From assembly GCF_009834535.1 (NCBI RefSeq), contig NC_045697.1, positions 72,418,001-72,482,000 of the forward strand: a DNA stretch of 64,000 nt, written 5' to 3'. This DNA is from Camelus ferus. Taxonomy: Eukaryota. The notes beneath the pieces were generated by a model, which worked only from the letters and a program-made list of their open reading frames with translations, searched no databases and had not been told where the DNA came from. Shown piece after piece: positions 24,813 to 38,419 of this stretch (position 1 is the stretch's first letter; each line of letters begins with the position of its first letter). A program made the position numbers and the translations under genes.

Positions 24813-26478
24813 GAAAACAAATTATCAAAGAATCAAAGACACACTTGATAAATTTATGAAGAACAATATTCTTGTATTTATCTGTTTAAATACTCCGAAC
24901 ATTTGAATACTGTATACATTGTTAACTGGTTGTAATTTTTAAATGACATTAATTAATTTATATAAAAGAATTTTTCTAAGTAGAAAATTTTAAATTCATA
25001 TTAAGCATGGATACCTGTAAGACTACCTTAAAAAGCAGAATGTTTTGGTCTAATGAACATATAAAACAAATTTAATACATTAAATTTAAGAAAAAAATCT
25101 ATAAATCACAAAAATGACAGTTTTCCCTGAATTAGAAACATATGTCCTCATTCTGGATATGATTTATCTTCTATTAAGATCAATTTTTTATTTTAAAATC
25201 TAATCTTGTAAATATAAGACACAATCTTATGAATGTAAATATATTTTCATTTTGTTACTAGTACAAATGATATGCCCTCATGATTTAAACATTAGTCAAA
25301 ACATTGGTGCAGTTTAAATTTTTAAAATTTTAGTACTAGAATTAAAATAGTTGAAAATGAGGCATAGGGTCACAAATGTGCCAAGCTGTAAAAGGACAGA
25401 TGGAAATGCTATTAGAACAGTAGCTAGTTTATCTTCTCCCAAAATTATCTGGGTGTGTTTGAACTTTTGGCAGTTCTAGCAATGTATTTTGTGAAAGGTC
25501 TCAGGCTTAGTAGGAATAGATACATAATTTTGGTTGCCTTAAATTACAGTTGTGTTACTTTGTAAATTCATGTGTAAATTCATATTTTGTGCTATTTTAA
25601 TACCTTGCTTATATAGAAGAGGGAGGAGAGAAACCAAAGTAATGTTTAGTCCCTATATTTGGCTTTTGCCAAAGAAATCTGAACAATTTCTAGGAGGCCA
25701 TTCATGAAGGCTATTTGAGAAGATATTTTACATGACCCTTCTAACTTTAAAATAAAGAACCTTGAAAATCAACTGAAACTGCATTTTGCTTGTGATGGAT
25801 TCTATATAGAGCAGATTTCATCAGCCAGAATTTAAAGGTGATACTGTATCACTAAGAAAAAAAAGTCTCATGTGGACAATAGTCAACTAGTCTTTCATTT
25901 TTGCAGACTGACTTTAATTCCTACATTGTTTTATACTAACTGAAAAATTATAATTCATTTCCACTTGTGATTTAATTCTATATCTGCAAATAAATATTAC
26001 AGATATGTTTCGTTTAAAAACTATTTAACCAGACTGTCATTTTAAGGGTCTGCAGAAGAAATGTAAGTCTAACTTTGGTTCTTTTACTTAACGTATTTAT
26101 TCAGATAGTCACTAAAATCAGAATTTAAAATGCACTTGGTTGACCCATTTAAAGTTGGTATGTTTTATTCTTGTCATTTTTTTCCCCTTTTCTGGTGACC
26201 TTCTTAATTGAATTATTAACCTGATAGTTCTACTTCTCCTATTTAGAGACTTATCTTACCTTATCTTTCTGTTATTAGGTTCATTTAATTTTAAAATTAT
26301 GCTTAGTTTGCATTATGGCAGCAAATCCAGCCTAATGGATTCTTTAAAATTTCAGTATTTATAAATTTACTTTGTTCTTGAAATACATAAATACTAAGAA
26401 GGCATTCTATTTTTATTATTTTTATTAAATTTACTTTGGAATAAAAAGTCATAGGAAAGTCTGTAGTAAAATCATATA

Positions 26479-26484
26479 TTTATT
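26479..26484 (-). terminator. SLC9B1: Candidate SLC9B1 polyadenylation signal AATAAA (short 3' UTR)
   Basis: TTTATT on + at 26479-26484, about 110 nt past the stop. Further copies at 26412-26417 and 26421-26426. Confidence 0.6.
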
Positions 26485-26591
26485 AAATCCTTGGTTCTAT
26501 GTACAGTCTCCACATATTTGAACCTTTTAATTTTTCTCTCATGTAAGAGAATTCATTAAGAGAAACAGGCAGGTGACGGCAAGTCAACTTT

Positions 26592-26804
26592 TTAATGTAA
26601 TTCTAATTCTGACAATTCCACTTTCATTTTGCTTGGGTCACGGCGAGTAAGTACTTTGGGCCCCAGAATGCCAATAATTACAGCGCCATTTGGAGCTGTG
26701 ATCAAGATGGCTAGAAAAGCTATTGTCATCACATCCCTCGAATATGGTTCCAAATGAGGTGCGCTGATTCTTGCTCTTTCTAGAGCCAGAGGACCTAATA
26801 CAGC
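26592..26804 (-). CDS. SLC9B1: SLC9B1 exon 12 (terminal): AVLGPLALERARISAPHLEPYSRDVMTIAFLAILITAPNGAVIIGILGPKVLTRRDPSKMKVELSELELH*
   Basis: AG at 26806-26805, 213 nt, TAA at 26594-26592. The 11 exons sum to 1539 nt (512 aa) with no internal stop. Confidence 0.96.
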   Translation of the reverse strand, partial: AVLGPLALERARISAPHLEPYSRDVMTIAFLAILITAPNGAVIIGILGPKVLTRRDPSKMKVELSELELH

Positions 26805-27861
26805 CTATATTTAGAGGAGAAAAAGATGAAGCATAAAGAAAAATGTTAAATGGAGTTAACATACAACAAAAGTAAACAGTTCTGTTAAAACAAACAGAAA
26901 ACCTAGTACCAGACTACTAGAAAGGAGACAAGACTTAAAGTGCTGAAGAATTGTCATAAATTACTCATCAATTCTATGTTCTTCTTAGCAAATATATCTG
27001 GAAGGAGAGTGAAATAGTGACAAACCAGTGTACAGACATTTTGGGGCTGATTTTGTGTTCTTGTCATCTCAGCATTCCCCTGTTTAAATTTCTTTTTTGA
27101 GTGCTCACATTACCTTCAGAAGCTCAGGACTTCTAACTGAACCAGGGTTATGCTTATTTGCCTCTACCTATACCACCAGGTTCTTGGCTGCAAAAAGACA
27201 ACACAAATGCTAAGGTTTCTTATGGTTCTCTAGGATTTTGCTGTCCATCTTCTTGTTCTTCCTACTGGGAGGCAGTGTGATATAGTAAAACTGACAAGTT
27301 TGGAATCTATACGCTGGGCACTGAGAGATTATAAAGTAACTTGCCTAAGGTTATAGGCAAATAACATGGTATTCAAAACACGCAGCCTAGTCCCAGGGAT
27401 CTACTTTTTTAACCAAGACATATAAAGAGTTTTGTTGCATGGAAACTCAAGAGCCAATGTTTTGGAATAACAATGGAGAAAAGAATTTCAGGAAATCAAG
27501 ACATTATGTTGCCAGGGTAAGCAGGCTGACAATAAGTAGCAATACCTTATCACTGAATCAGAAAGCAAAACTACAAGGTCTTCCTTTTTGTTCATTCTGT
27601 CATTCATCTTTCATTCTTGTAGGCATGCAGTGCTTATTTATTGTGTACCTCCTGCATGCTAGGCATTGTGTTAAGTGTTAGCAGAAAAATAACAAAAAAA
27701 CCAGACACTGTTCTTATCCTTCCTGTATAGTCTAGAGGAGAGAATCAGTCATTAATAACATAGTCATACAAATTAAGTACGTAATTAAAAATAATATATG
27801 TACATTCATGTACGGTAGAGTGGGTGGCAGGGGTAGGAAAGATATATTTTAAAAAGAATTA

Positions 27862-27988
27862 TATCTTGTAGTAACCTATAATGAAAAAGAATATGAAAAG
27901 GAATATATGTATGTACGTGTATGACTGAAACATTATGCTGTACACCAGAAATTGACACGTTGTAACTGACTACTTCAATTAAAAAAAT
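27862..27988 (+). mobile_element. Young, heavily 5'-truncated L1 3' end with an 11-nt target-site duplication
   Basis: AAAAAGAATTA at 27851-27861 and 27989-27999, TTTT/AAAA endonuclease-type site, near-identical to 55951-56075. Confidence 0.85.
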
Positions 27989-28343
27989 AAAAAGAATTAA
28001 TGTGTCTCTACTTTAAAATAATAACATTTAGCTCTATAATGTTCAGCAAAATGTAAAAATTCCAATTTTCAGATAGACTCATTGTATATATTGGTAAAAT
28101 AGAAAAATGTTTTTAAAGTTTAGGAAGTATTTGTCATTAAAAGCACACTTTTCAATTTCAGAAAAATTCCTTTTAGAACTGAGTTTTTAAAAAATTACAT
28201 TAATTTTAGTGAGTACTTATGCTCAATCAAGGATTTTAAAAGTAAGGCTAATACCCCACATTTGGTGACTAAAGTAACACTTTTCATTTAGAATTAAAAA
28301 AAATCAACATTAAAATTATCAGAATGATTTAATATGTTCTTAC

Positions 28344-28480
28344 CTGGACTGTAGCTTTGGGCATCCACGATAAAGCAATAAATATTTTCTCCTTAAATTT
28401 AAAGCCAGTAAAACACGTCAATACAAATGTAAAAGAAATTCGAACCAATAATGCCAAACTCAAGGTAGTAACACAAATGC
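28344..28480 (-). CDS. SLC9B1: SLC9B1 exon 11: (G)ICVTTLSLALLVRISFTFVLTCFTGFKFKEKIFIALSWMPKATVQ
   Basis: TTGTAG acceptor, GTAAG donor, 137 nt, conserved Arg in VRI, KEKIF and PKATVQ motifs. Ends in phase 0. Confidence 0.96.
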
Positions 28481-29026
28481 CTACAACAGATAAAAACAAA
28501 CATAAGAAACACAGTATTTGGGAAGAAGTGGTTCTTTATGCCTAGAGATATGACTTGCAAAAGGGTTGAAAGCATTTTAAGGTTATTGTCTCTTTATACC
28601 TTTATTTTTTAAGTAAAAATAATAATCATAAAAAAACAAATATGACTGAGGTTTCTATGTAAAGTGCAAGAGATAACCTGATGGTGGAGTATAATGAAAA
28701 ATAAGATAGGGTATATTTATTTAATTTTGAGCTAACAGACTTTGAACTTTTACTATAAATGAAAGCATTCAAAAGGTACTGATGGTATCCACTATTTCCC
28801 CTCAGAAAAGAATTCTAATCTTCATTTCCTTAGATCACTCAGGGAAGATATTCAGGGTTGTTTTTTGTTACAAAGAGCATACATGGTAAGGAAGAATAAA
28901 TACATGTTACAACACGAGCTTCTGAAGAAGGTCCTTATAGCATATTATAAATAAAAATAAAAATTATTCAAAGTTTTCTTAAATATTTTCAAATCTTCTA
29001 TTTTCTGTGGTTCTAATCATTCTTAC

Positions 29027-29135
29027 CAATAGCATTTGACTGAAGAGAGATAACAGATACTTCTGCTCCAACCAAACCAAAAAGAAGGGGTTGAAAAATA
29101 TTCCATGCAGTTCCAATAATTTTTTGGACTTTAAT
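29027..29135 (-). CDS. SLC9B1: SLC9B1 exon 10: IKVQKIIGTAWNIFQPLLFGLVGAEVSVISLQSNAI(G)
   Basis: TTTTCTACAG acceptor, GTAAG donor, 109 nt, FQPLLFGLxGAE motif. Confidence 0.96.
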
Positions 29136-30229
29136 CTGTAGAAAAGAGTAATACATTTTCAGTTATTGTGACACATAAAAGTATTGGCAATTCAGAAGTT
29201 TAAAGTCTCTCTTAACGTTTAATAAACTTAAGATATTATATTTGTAGAAGAAATGTTAAAACAATAAAAATTAATTGAGTGGGTTAATTCTTTTACACAA
29301 ACACTTAGGTAGAAATTTGATTAAAAGAAATCTACAAAGCAATAAAGTAAAATATCTTTTGGTAAATTTGTCATGGAACAATTAAGGTCTTTGGATTTCC
29401 ATACATGTCATGACGGTGCAGTTAAGAGTTCTAGCTTTTCTTTGTAAGGCAACTGAACAGAGATAGAACCTAATTATGCCTGGTGAGAACATACTGAAGA
29501 TCATTCACACATTTCAGCTCTCAGAAGGGAGTTGGGAAGACCTCCACTAGTAATTATTCTGGGACCCAATCCCAGGAAAGTGAATCCTGATATGTCCTAA
29601 CCTACTGGGAAAAAAAAATTCTGGTAATCTGTTAGGCCTACTTCCAAAGGACCTACATACAATGCAAGTTTAAAGTTATTTTCTCCTTAAAAACCAAATC
29701 AAAACATGTAATAGAGTCTTAATTGGTTGCTGCGCAGCTTCCCTTTCTGGGAATAATCCCTCCCAGTGCTACTTCCACAACTACGTCCTTACAGGAAATG
29801 CCCCTACTGACATAACAGTACTCTGGCTCTTCTCCGGGAATTTGGATGAAGAGATTTTTAATCTCAGTCTGGGTTTGTTTTTTTTTTTTTTGCAGGAGGA
29901 GAAACTTTGATATCTTTTGTTTGGGGCATAAACTGTCTTCATAACTATTCCCCTTATGACTGGGTTTTCTGGTTACCGTTTATAAAAGTAAAATTTAAAA
30001 AGGAAATAACAGAGGAAAACCAGTATTACTCTTTCTTCTTTATAGCGCACTATCCTATTCATTACTTTTAATCTTTAAAACCTATTTATTCTTTATTGTT
30101 TAATTTCCTTTGCCATGTAAAAAAACTAATAGTTTTCATTTATTTATTTAATTGTAATTGATTAGTCATTTGATTTCTTTTATAATTATGATTTTATCTG
30201 AATACTAAACAAAATGCCAGTATGATTTT

Positions 30230-31560
30230 TGAATAGGGAACTTCTCAAGGTGATTCTAAAATTTATCGAAGAAAAGAATATAGGCAGAAACAGCCAAGAA
30301 ATACTTTAAAAATAGGTACAATAAGAGGGAATCTTCTATATTAGATTTTGAGACGAAAAACTACAGTAATTTAAAATAGAGTGGTATCGGCATAAGAATG
30401 GCTAAGTAGGATTAAATAGATTCCAGAAGTAAATTTATGTATATGTATGTGAGTGACAGTTTAGAACATGTTAAAAGAGGCACTTAAAAATTACCAAATA
30501 AGCAATGGATTAATCAATAAATAATTTGGCAAAAGCTGATTATCCAATTCATATGCATATATATTATATGTATACATATGTATGTCTATGAATACATATA
30601 AACACACACATGTACATCCTTACCTCACAACATTCACAAAAATAAATCCCAGAAGAATTAAAGAACTAAATGCAAAACAAAACTACCAAAGTATTAGATG
30701 ATAATATAGAAGGTATTATAATGTTTATAATCTGATAATCTTGAGTGAAAAAACCCTTCTTAAACAAGATACAGAACCCAAAACCAAAAAGGAAGAACTG
30801 ACAGTTTTGATTATAGGAAATTTTACTTCCATACAAAAGACATCAAAAGCAAAGCTGAAGATAAGCAAAAATTATATGCAATATATACATAACAAAGGAT
30901 TAGTTAGCCCTAACATATAAAGGAACTCTATAAATTAGGAACAAAAAGGCAAAGAAACCAATTAAAAGTGGGAAAAGAATATGAATAGACAGTTATAAAA
31001 AATATATGAAGAGAAGCTTACTCCACCACTAATGAGAGAAATGTAAGTAAGGAATAACAATGTTACATAGTTTCTTACTTATCAGATTGTAAAAAAAAAA
31101 AAAAAAGGAAAGACTGATAATATCCAAGTTTGTTGATGGGTTTAGGTATTAGGGGACTCTCCTACACTGTTGGTAGTAAACAGTGCAAATAAACTTTTCA
31201 AGGGATAATTTGGCAGTACCCATCAAAAACAGAAATATACTGTTTCTAAATTCAGAAATTTCATTTCTAGAAATCTATTCCTACAGAAGTACTTGTAGAT
31301 TTGCAAAACCACACATGAACAGGACTGTTCAGTGTTCAGCACTGTTTATAATAACAAAAAAATGGAAGTGATCTAAAGGTCTACAAATAGAGGAGTGATT
31401 AGAGGAAATGATCTGGGAAGGGGGTTTGAATTTTGGGAATGGTGGGGGAAAACGAGTCTTTTACATTTTATTCCATGTGTGGGCCTTTTGTATTGTTTTA
31501 ATACTTTGAGTATATTTTCATGTATTAATTGTATAACTAAAATTATAATAAATAAAATCA
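30230..31560 (+). mobile_element. Decayed L1 ORF2 3' part and 3' UTR
   Basis: CTACAGTAAT..GTGGTATCGGCATAAGAA, ATATGAATAGACAGTT and TTTCTAGAAATCTATTCCTACAG landmarks. Confidence 0.75.
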
Positions 31561-31828
31561 ATAAAAGTTACAGTCATATTGCATAAAACTTGGAAAATAG
31601 AAAGGCCTGATGTGATAACTCAACTTCTGATTGCATTTTAGTGTATTTCAGGGTCCTTTTCCTGAATATTTTATTTCTTTGGTTGATTGATTCATTCACT
31701 TCCTTGAACATACAAACTTTTGGAACATCTTCCAACTAGAATGAGAAGACTGCTTAAATGCCCACTATAGATGTAAAAAAAATGCAGTTATATTATCTTT
31801 CTAAGAATGACATATTAAAAATATTCAC

Positions 31829-31978
31829 CTTTTCTTTGGACCAACCATTCCCTGCAATGAAACTCAGTACCAGTGTGCATAATCCTCCAGCTGCATTCAT
31901 ACCAATGCGATGGCCGCCTAAGACGGCAGAAACACACATACTCAACAGCAGAAATGCTCTCTTCACTGGAAGCTTTCT
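31829..31978 (-). CDS. SLC9B1: SLC9B1 exon 9: RKLPVKRAFLLLSMCVSAVLGGHRIGMNAAGGLCTLVLSFIAGNGWSKEK
   Basis: TTCTAG acceptor, GTGAA donor, 150 nt, GGLCTLV motif. Confidence 0.95.
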
Positions 31979-32860
31979 CTAGAATTAGACGGACTCTTGG
32001 AAATTAATTTACATTAAATATATTATACAATATTTATATTATCTATCATTTATTATTAAACTTTGATAGCATGTCTTTATATGTAACATCAAATAATGTC
32101 TAAAATTTTGACTTTCTCATTCACCATATACTTTAGCAGACTTGGTATCAAGTGAAAATTTGCAATTGTTAAATTTCAGCTTCTAACACATCTCTGACAC
32201 AAACATCAGTAAAATGGTTATAATATCTTAACTGTGAGAGAAGAATGAAAGAAAAGAGACTCATGTAACCTGTAGTTCCATATAACATATCCAAAGGATT
32301 CTTAAAAATAAATGTTCAAATATCTCTTTAGCTAAGACAATAGCTACAGGGAAATTAAGATGGAAGTTATGGAAATCCAAGAATAATGGCATATCCTTTA
32401 GGGCACAAAAGGGTTGAGTTTGATAGTGTTGCCTCAGTCAAAGGGGATGGAAGCGAATTTAAAACATGCAGGGATAAATGGAAATATATTTCCTCAAAAT
32501 TGTTCAGTGGAAAGTTTGAGGGGAAAAGATTAGGAAAAAATGTCAGGAGTCAATAGGCAAGTTACTGAAGAAAAGGGTGGGTTGGAATGGAGAGGGTACT
32601 CTGTATTAAGTACATTTTTCTGATATTCCTTATTTGCCAAATCAGGAAGCAAAGACTTCCGCTAGGGCCACTGACCTGTATCAATCACAACTGTGATTAG
32701 TTTTAAGCAGAAAGCAGGCATTTTTTTGGATGCCTCTCTCTTTTTGGCAAAAGAGAACTAAATATTAAATTTATTATTTCATGGATCTTCCAAAAGTTCA
32801 AATTTTTGAAAGAAATGTCTAATACTGTACTTCCAAAAAAATAGATTATTTTTTACTTAC

Positions 32861-32967
32861 CTGATCTCTACTTGGAAAAAATCGAACAAACATTCCCAAA
32901 ACAGCTCCTACCAGCACACCAATAAGTATGTCCCGAAAAGAGGACAGGACGTTACTAAGAATATCAC
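32861..32967 (-). CDS. SLC9B1: SLC9B1 exon 8: (G)DILSNVLSSFRDILIGVLVGAVLGMFVRFFPSRDQ
   Basis: TTACAG acceptor, GTAAGT donor, 107 nt, FPSxDQ motif. Confidence 0.95.
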
Positions 32968-33624
32968 CTGTAAGGGCATGCAATAAGAAAAACATTTCAT
33001 AGAGAAATATTTTCACATATCCAATACATCAGAAAATCAACTGTAGGTGATTCATAAAGAAAGGTATGTATTTTACAGAACATATACACAAAAGTGGACC
33101 TTTAATGTTCAAACACATGAAAACATGCAGATCTATTTGATAAATTCAGTATGTTCTCTCAAATGATTTAATATATACACACACAACTCAGAAATGTTCA
33201 TTGAATAAATGGGTCAGAAAACAAAGAAGTGAAACCACAATATGCTCCCCTTACAGTCAGGTGAGGTAAAAGAACACACAGGGACTGGCAAAGGAGCACC
33301 TCCTTCACCTAGCACATGGCTGGTAATGTTTTTCTCTGATGTACTAGTGTAACAGACAAATGATTTAAACATGAAAAGGACAATTTAGTAACAACAACAA
33401 CATAAAAAAAGATTTATCCCAAGGTCAACCCTAGTAATATTCAGGGACCAACTGATTTTCCAATATATTTTATGTACCATGGATACAAGTAGTTTATTGT
33501 ACTGAGTTTTTAAAAAAACGATCCTGGGTCACAAAAAAAAGTTCAGTTATGCTCTGTGTATTCAGGTCAATAAGTTATATAAATACACATATTTTAGAAA
33601 TACTATCCCATTAAAAATAATAGA

Positions 33625-34490
33625 AATGGATGGTGACAACAGCAAGACGGTGGAATGGGAACCCTAGAACTTGATCCCCCACAGAGACACCGATTTACCA
33701 ACAATATATAGTCCAAAGGCTTTATGAAACTCCACAAACTAATTAAAAATTTACAGCAAGAGAAAAGTGACTCATAATGTACAAGGGAGCTCCATGAAAT
33801 TATCAAAAGTATTACACAGAAGAAATCTTAAAGGTCAGAAGAAGGTAGGATGATATATTCAAAGTGTTGAAAGGAAAAAAAAAATGCCAATCAAGAATAC
33901 TGTCCCTCAAAATTGTCCTTCAAAGTGGAGGTGAAATTAAGACTCTCCAGATAAACAAAGGCTGATGGAGTTCATAACCATTAGACCTTCCTCATAAGAA
34001 ATGTTAAAGGGAATCCTTTAAGTATAAATAAAAGGACATTCAGACAGTAATACAAAAGCATGTAAACCTCTGGTAAAGGTAAGCATGTAGATGACTTCAG
34101 AATCCTGTAATACTGTACTGTGATGAGTAAATGACTTTCAATTCTGTTACAGAATTTGAGATAAAAGCACAAAAATAACTATAACTATAAAACTATATTA
34201 ATGGATATATAATATAAGAAGATGTAATTTGTGACACTGATAACAAAGTGACGAAGGTGAGAGGTAAAGGAGCAGAGGTGTAGAGTTTTTTTATGCAACT
34301 GAAATTAATTGTTATCATTTTAAAACAGATTGTTATAACTTTAAGGATGGAAGAAAATATTCCATGCAAATGGTACCCCAAAGACAGCAGGGTGGTCATA
34401 CTTATATCAGACAATGTAGACCTTAAGTCAAATACTGTCACAAGAGATAAAGAAGGACATTACATAATGGAAAAAGGGCCAACTGACTTG
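33625..34490 (+). mobile_element. Compact L1 remnant: 5'-end-like piece, ORF1 C-terminus, spacer and ORF2 endonuclease start
   Basis: CCAGATAAACAAAGGCTGA (ORF1 end) and VVILISDNVDLKSNTVTRDKEGHYIMEKG (ORF2 EN, ORF track 34293-34514). Confidence 0.75.
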
Positions 34491-34809
34491 GAAGGTGAGG
34501 TCAGATCTCAATAGCTATCATATTCCAAACTAGATGTTTTGAAGATCTAATGTATCAAATAGAACTTTAAAAGTCCTTAAGATTTTAAGAGATAGTTTAC
34601 ATAGTCATGTCATGGAAGAGGACTTTTTAAGTATGTACCTGCTTGGTTTTCATTTTTTTCAGTCCTCCTCAAATCAGATTTGGTCTCCTGTAGCATGTTC
34701 CCACAGCATCTTATACTATGTAATATTTATCACATTTGTAGTTATTTGTTTAATATAAACTCCTTGAGAACATGGGCCACACGCTCTTTTTTTGTCTGAT
34801 GGGCTGGAA

Positions 34810-35030
34810 GGCAGTATAAAATAGTACTTAAAAGTGTGAGACTGGGGTCAAACTGCCAGATTTGAATCTTGGCTCCCCCACTTATTGGATCTGTGACTTC
34901 GAACAAGTTAACCTCTGTTCCTTAGTTCCCTTATCTATAAAATGACCTTAGCACTATTGTGACTATTAAATGAGTAAAAACATCTATAGAACTTACAGAA
35001 AGTCCCAAGCAATTACTCAATAAAAGCTAA
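34810..35030. mobile_element. MIR SINE
   Basis: TTTGAATCTTGGCTCCCCCACTTA..CTGTGAC..AACAAGTTAACCTCTG..CTTAGTTCCCTTATCTATAAAATG. Confidence 0.75.
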
Positions 35031-36704
35031 TATTGCTGTTCACTGTTCATCCTCGGTGTCTGATACAGTAGCTGGCACAACGGAAGAGGAGCACAAAAAA
35101 TATTTTTTGAAAGAATGACTGAAACCAGTCATGAAGGAAAGGTTGCCAGATTTGACAATTAAAAATGTAGGACTGCTGAATGACAAAAAAAAAGATATAA
35201 AGTTAAGAGTCAAATTAAAAAAAACCACAGGCTATAAAATGAAGGGTTATCATTCTTAATTTTATGCAGAATCCTGACAAATCAAGAATAAAAGATGAAC
35301 ACACCTATAGGATATAGGCAAAATATTTCAAGAAAAGCAATTTACAAAACATTCCAAAATGGTAATGGCCAATAAACACGAACATTTGTTTAACACCACT
35401 CGTACTCAAACGTACTTCATTTAAAGAGGGCTCACTCTTCACCTATCAAATTGGCAAAGGTAAACAGGACTGGTAACACCTAATTCTGAACAAGGTGAAG
35501 AGAAAGTAGCATGCTTGTGCACCCTGGTAGGACATGATGTTGTGGGAATATATTTCAAAAAATCTTCTAATGTTACATAATTTTTAACTCACCAATTTCT
35601 CTTTAAAGGTTAAGAAAATATTAAGATTAGGTACAATGATTTAGCTGTAAGATACTCAACGAAGCATTGTTTTAATAGTAAATACTGGCATCAATTTCAA
35701 TTTTCAACATGTTAACTAATCATGATGCAGCCAATCAAATACTATGCAACCATTAAAAATGTCATCAAAATATATTTACTGAAAAGGAACACATCTGCAG
35801 TATACAGTTAAGTTCAAAATAACTCAGGTTATAAGAAAGTATAGTTAATGTTCAATAATTTTTATAAGAACATTGGAAGAGAGAGAGTGAGGGAGGGAGA
35901 AAAAGGAGAGGGAGAGAGAGCTAGAGACAGATAGAGGTGGGGCAGGGAGAAGTCTGGGTGAATTTACACCAAAAGATTCAGAATTTTTATTCCTGGGTGT
36001 ATGACTATTGCAAATTTTATTTTTATCTTTTCCCTTTTTCTTCTTATTCATTTATACCTTATGATTTTAAGAGAAACTACATATAACTTTTCAACTTAAA
36101 AATAATCTGGTGCTTTAGTAATACAGAAGATTAAATTTGGCAGATAATTAAAGCATTATTAAATGTGGAATGTTTGGTTTTACAATTCCTGCAGTGACAT
36201 TCAACACCAAATATCACCTTGGGATTTAGAATTGGTGCAGGATCTTGGCCCACTATTACCAAAAAGACACACATCTGTCCACACTCTATATATTAACTTA
36301 TCTTAATAACAGAGCAACTAGTTATTTATCATGATGGCCAGAAAGGTACATCTCAAAAGTATCTATTAAATATATTAGTAGTAATAATAATATTGCTGTC
36401 TAAATTTTTCTGTTGAAAACTGTGATAAAATTCCAAAACAACATGAGTAGGTAAGTGGTAATAATATGGGTTATCAAGTTAACTGAACTATTTGGTTATT
36501 AAAAGGAACTCACTTGTGTTAAGTAGTGGTATCTTAACCCATAGAAATTTCTTCCCTGGCCTAAAATGAGCTTTCTATGAAGAATAAAAAAGATGTTAAA
36601 TCGAAAAGTCTTCATTAATAAATGAAGAAGTAAAGCCAGAAACCTTGTTTAAAGAACAAAAAAGGTATGAATTATAATGGTAGCTGCTGTATTTTTTTGT
36701 TTAC

Positions 36705-36880
36705 CTGAGGAGAAGACTATGCTGAGGCATGTATTGAATCCAGTGATAGCCAGGATGTCATCCAAACTGCTGGCAGCTATTAATAAGGTTGGAATGCCTT
36801 TCTCAACACCATATCCCTCTTCTTGTAAATGAAGCATGGAAGGGACAACAACCGCAGGAGAGACAGCACCTAACACAAAA
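36705..36880 (-). CDS. SLC9B1: SLC9B1 exon 7: FVLGAVSPAVVVPSMLHLQEEGYGVEKGIPTLLIAASSLDDILAITGFNTCLSIVFSS(G), containing the ion-binding DD motif
   Basis: CTCTCAG acceptor, GTAAA donor, 176 nt, AVSPAVVVP and CPA2-type DD (codons at 36762-36757). Confidence 0.97.
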
Positions 36881-37851
36881 CTGAGAGGAAATCTTTGAAA
36901 ACCAATTAAAACACATCCTTTTAACCAAACAGTGTTTTTATAATAAATTGTATAACAATAAATTAACCTTTACAACTTTAGAAAACAAAAGGGGACTCCT
37001 CAACGGACAAGAAACTAAGTGTATCCCAGGAAGATAAGAGACAGTTTAGGACTGAAAAAGGAAACCAGAAGCCAAAATGCATGTAAGTAAAGACTGCTAT
37101 AGAAGATACGATATACTTCTAAAAATGCTCTAAGCCCAGAAATGGCAGATTCTGGGAGCAGGAGGGACTCCTGAGGAAATCAAATGGGTGATTACTCAGA
37201 GTACCACTGTAACAATAGTCAGTCACTTGTAGTCCCCACACCATTCCTATCTCCTGAACAAGTCAGTAAGGAACAGAGCTATCTGTCCAAAAGAAGGAAC
37301 CATGAGTGTGGGCACCTCAGTTATAAAGGCAAATGAAAAAATTTCTGGGATGGCTGATGACACCCATGAGGAATGGGGAAATTCCTAAATTCCTGCTCAG
37401 AATACCTTCTGTTTGCATATCCCATTCAGAACCTTGCTGTGTGTCTTCCACATTCACTTTCTAAATGCTGCAGTACATGGTGTGCAGAGATGCTCTTGGT
37501 GCCTCACGGGAACCCGTTTACCAGCCCAGTGCACACATCCCCCAGCTGCGGCTTGCTGGCTGCTAACCACCAACACCTGCAGCTTTCTGGGAGCTTTGCC
37601 CTGATAACAAGAGCTTACTTGCGGATGCTAAAGGGGTCCACAACTTCCCCCTTCCAGACAGCTCCTGCCAATGACTGACTGATGTGAGGGTCTAACAGTG
37701 TAGCTCCTTTACCTCTGGCTGTACAACCTCTCTGGTGCAGTTTATGCTCAGGATTTCCCTAGGGAGTCAAGAAGGCCCTAGAACTCTCTGAAAACACGTA
37801 TTTGCCTAGTTCAGTGGCTCCTGAACTTTATAGCACATTGGAACCACCTGG

Positions 37852-38318
37852 TGTACTATTTATCCACTGCTGCTTAACAAATCATGCCCAAACTTAGAAG
37901 CTTAAAGCAACATCCATTTCTTATCTCACAACTTCTGTAGGCCAGGAATCTTGAGTGTGGCTTCGCTGTATGCCTCTTACTCAGGGTCTCTCATGAGGTG
38001 GGTGGGGGAAGATCTGCTTCCAAGTTTACTCTCATGGCTGTTGACAGGAATTCAGTCTCTTGCCATGGGGGTCTCTCCCAGGGCTGCTTGCAACATGGCA
38101 GCTGACTTCCCCCAAGACAAGCGATTAAGAGTGCAAAAGAACAAGGAAGACAGAAGCCATGGTCTTCTTACAACCAAATCTTAGAAGTGATATCCTATCA
38201 CTTCTGCTTTACTCTGTCCATTAGGAGCAAGTCAGTAAGTTCAGGCCACATTTAAGAAGGTATTACACAAAGGTTTACATATCAGAAAGCAGCGATCACT
38301 GACAGTGATCTTACCACG
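37852..38318 (-). mobile_element. MLT1 (MaLR) solo LTR inside the MER5B-like element
   Basis: TGTACTATTTATCCACTGCTGC..CCCAAACTTAG..GCTTAAAGCAACA..TTATCTCACA is the reverse-oriented MLT1 3' end. Confidence 0.8.
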
Positions 38319-38419
38319 TACTTGGGGATTTGTAAAAAATACTGATGCCTGGATCACACTCCCAGACATTTTGATCTGATTTAGGATGGAGTTTGACCTG
38401 AATACTTGGATATTGTAAA

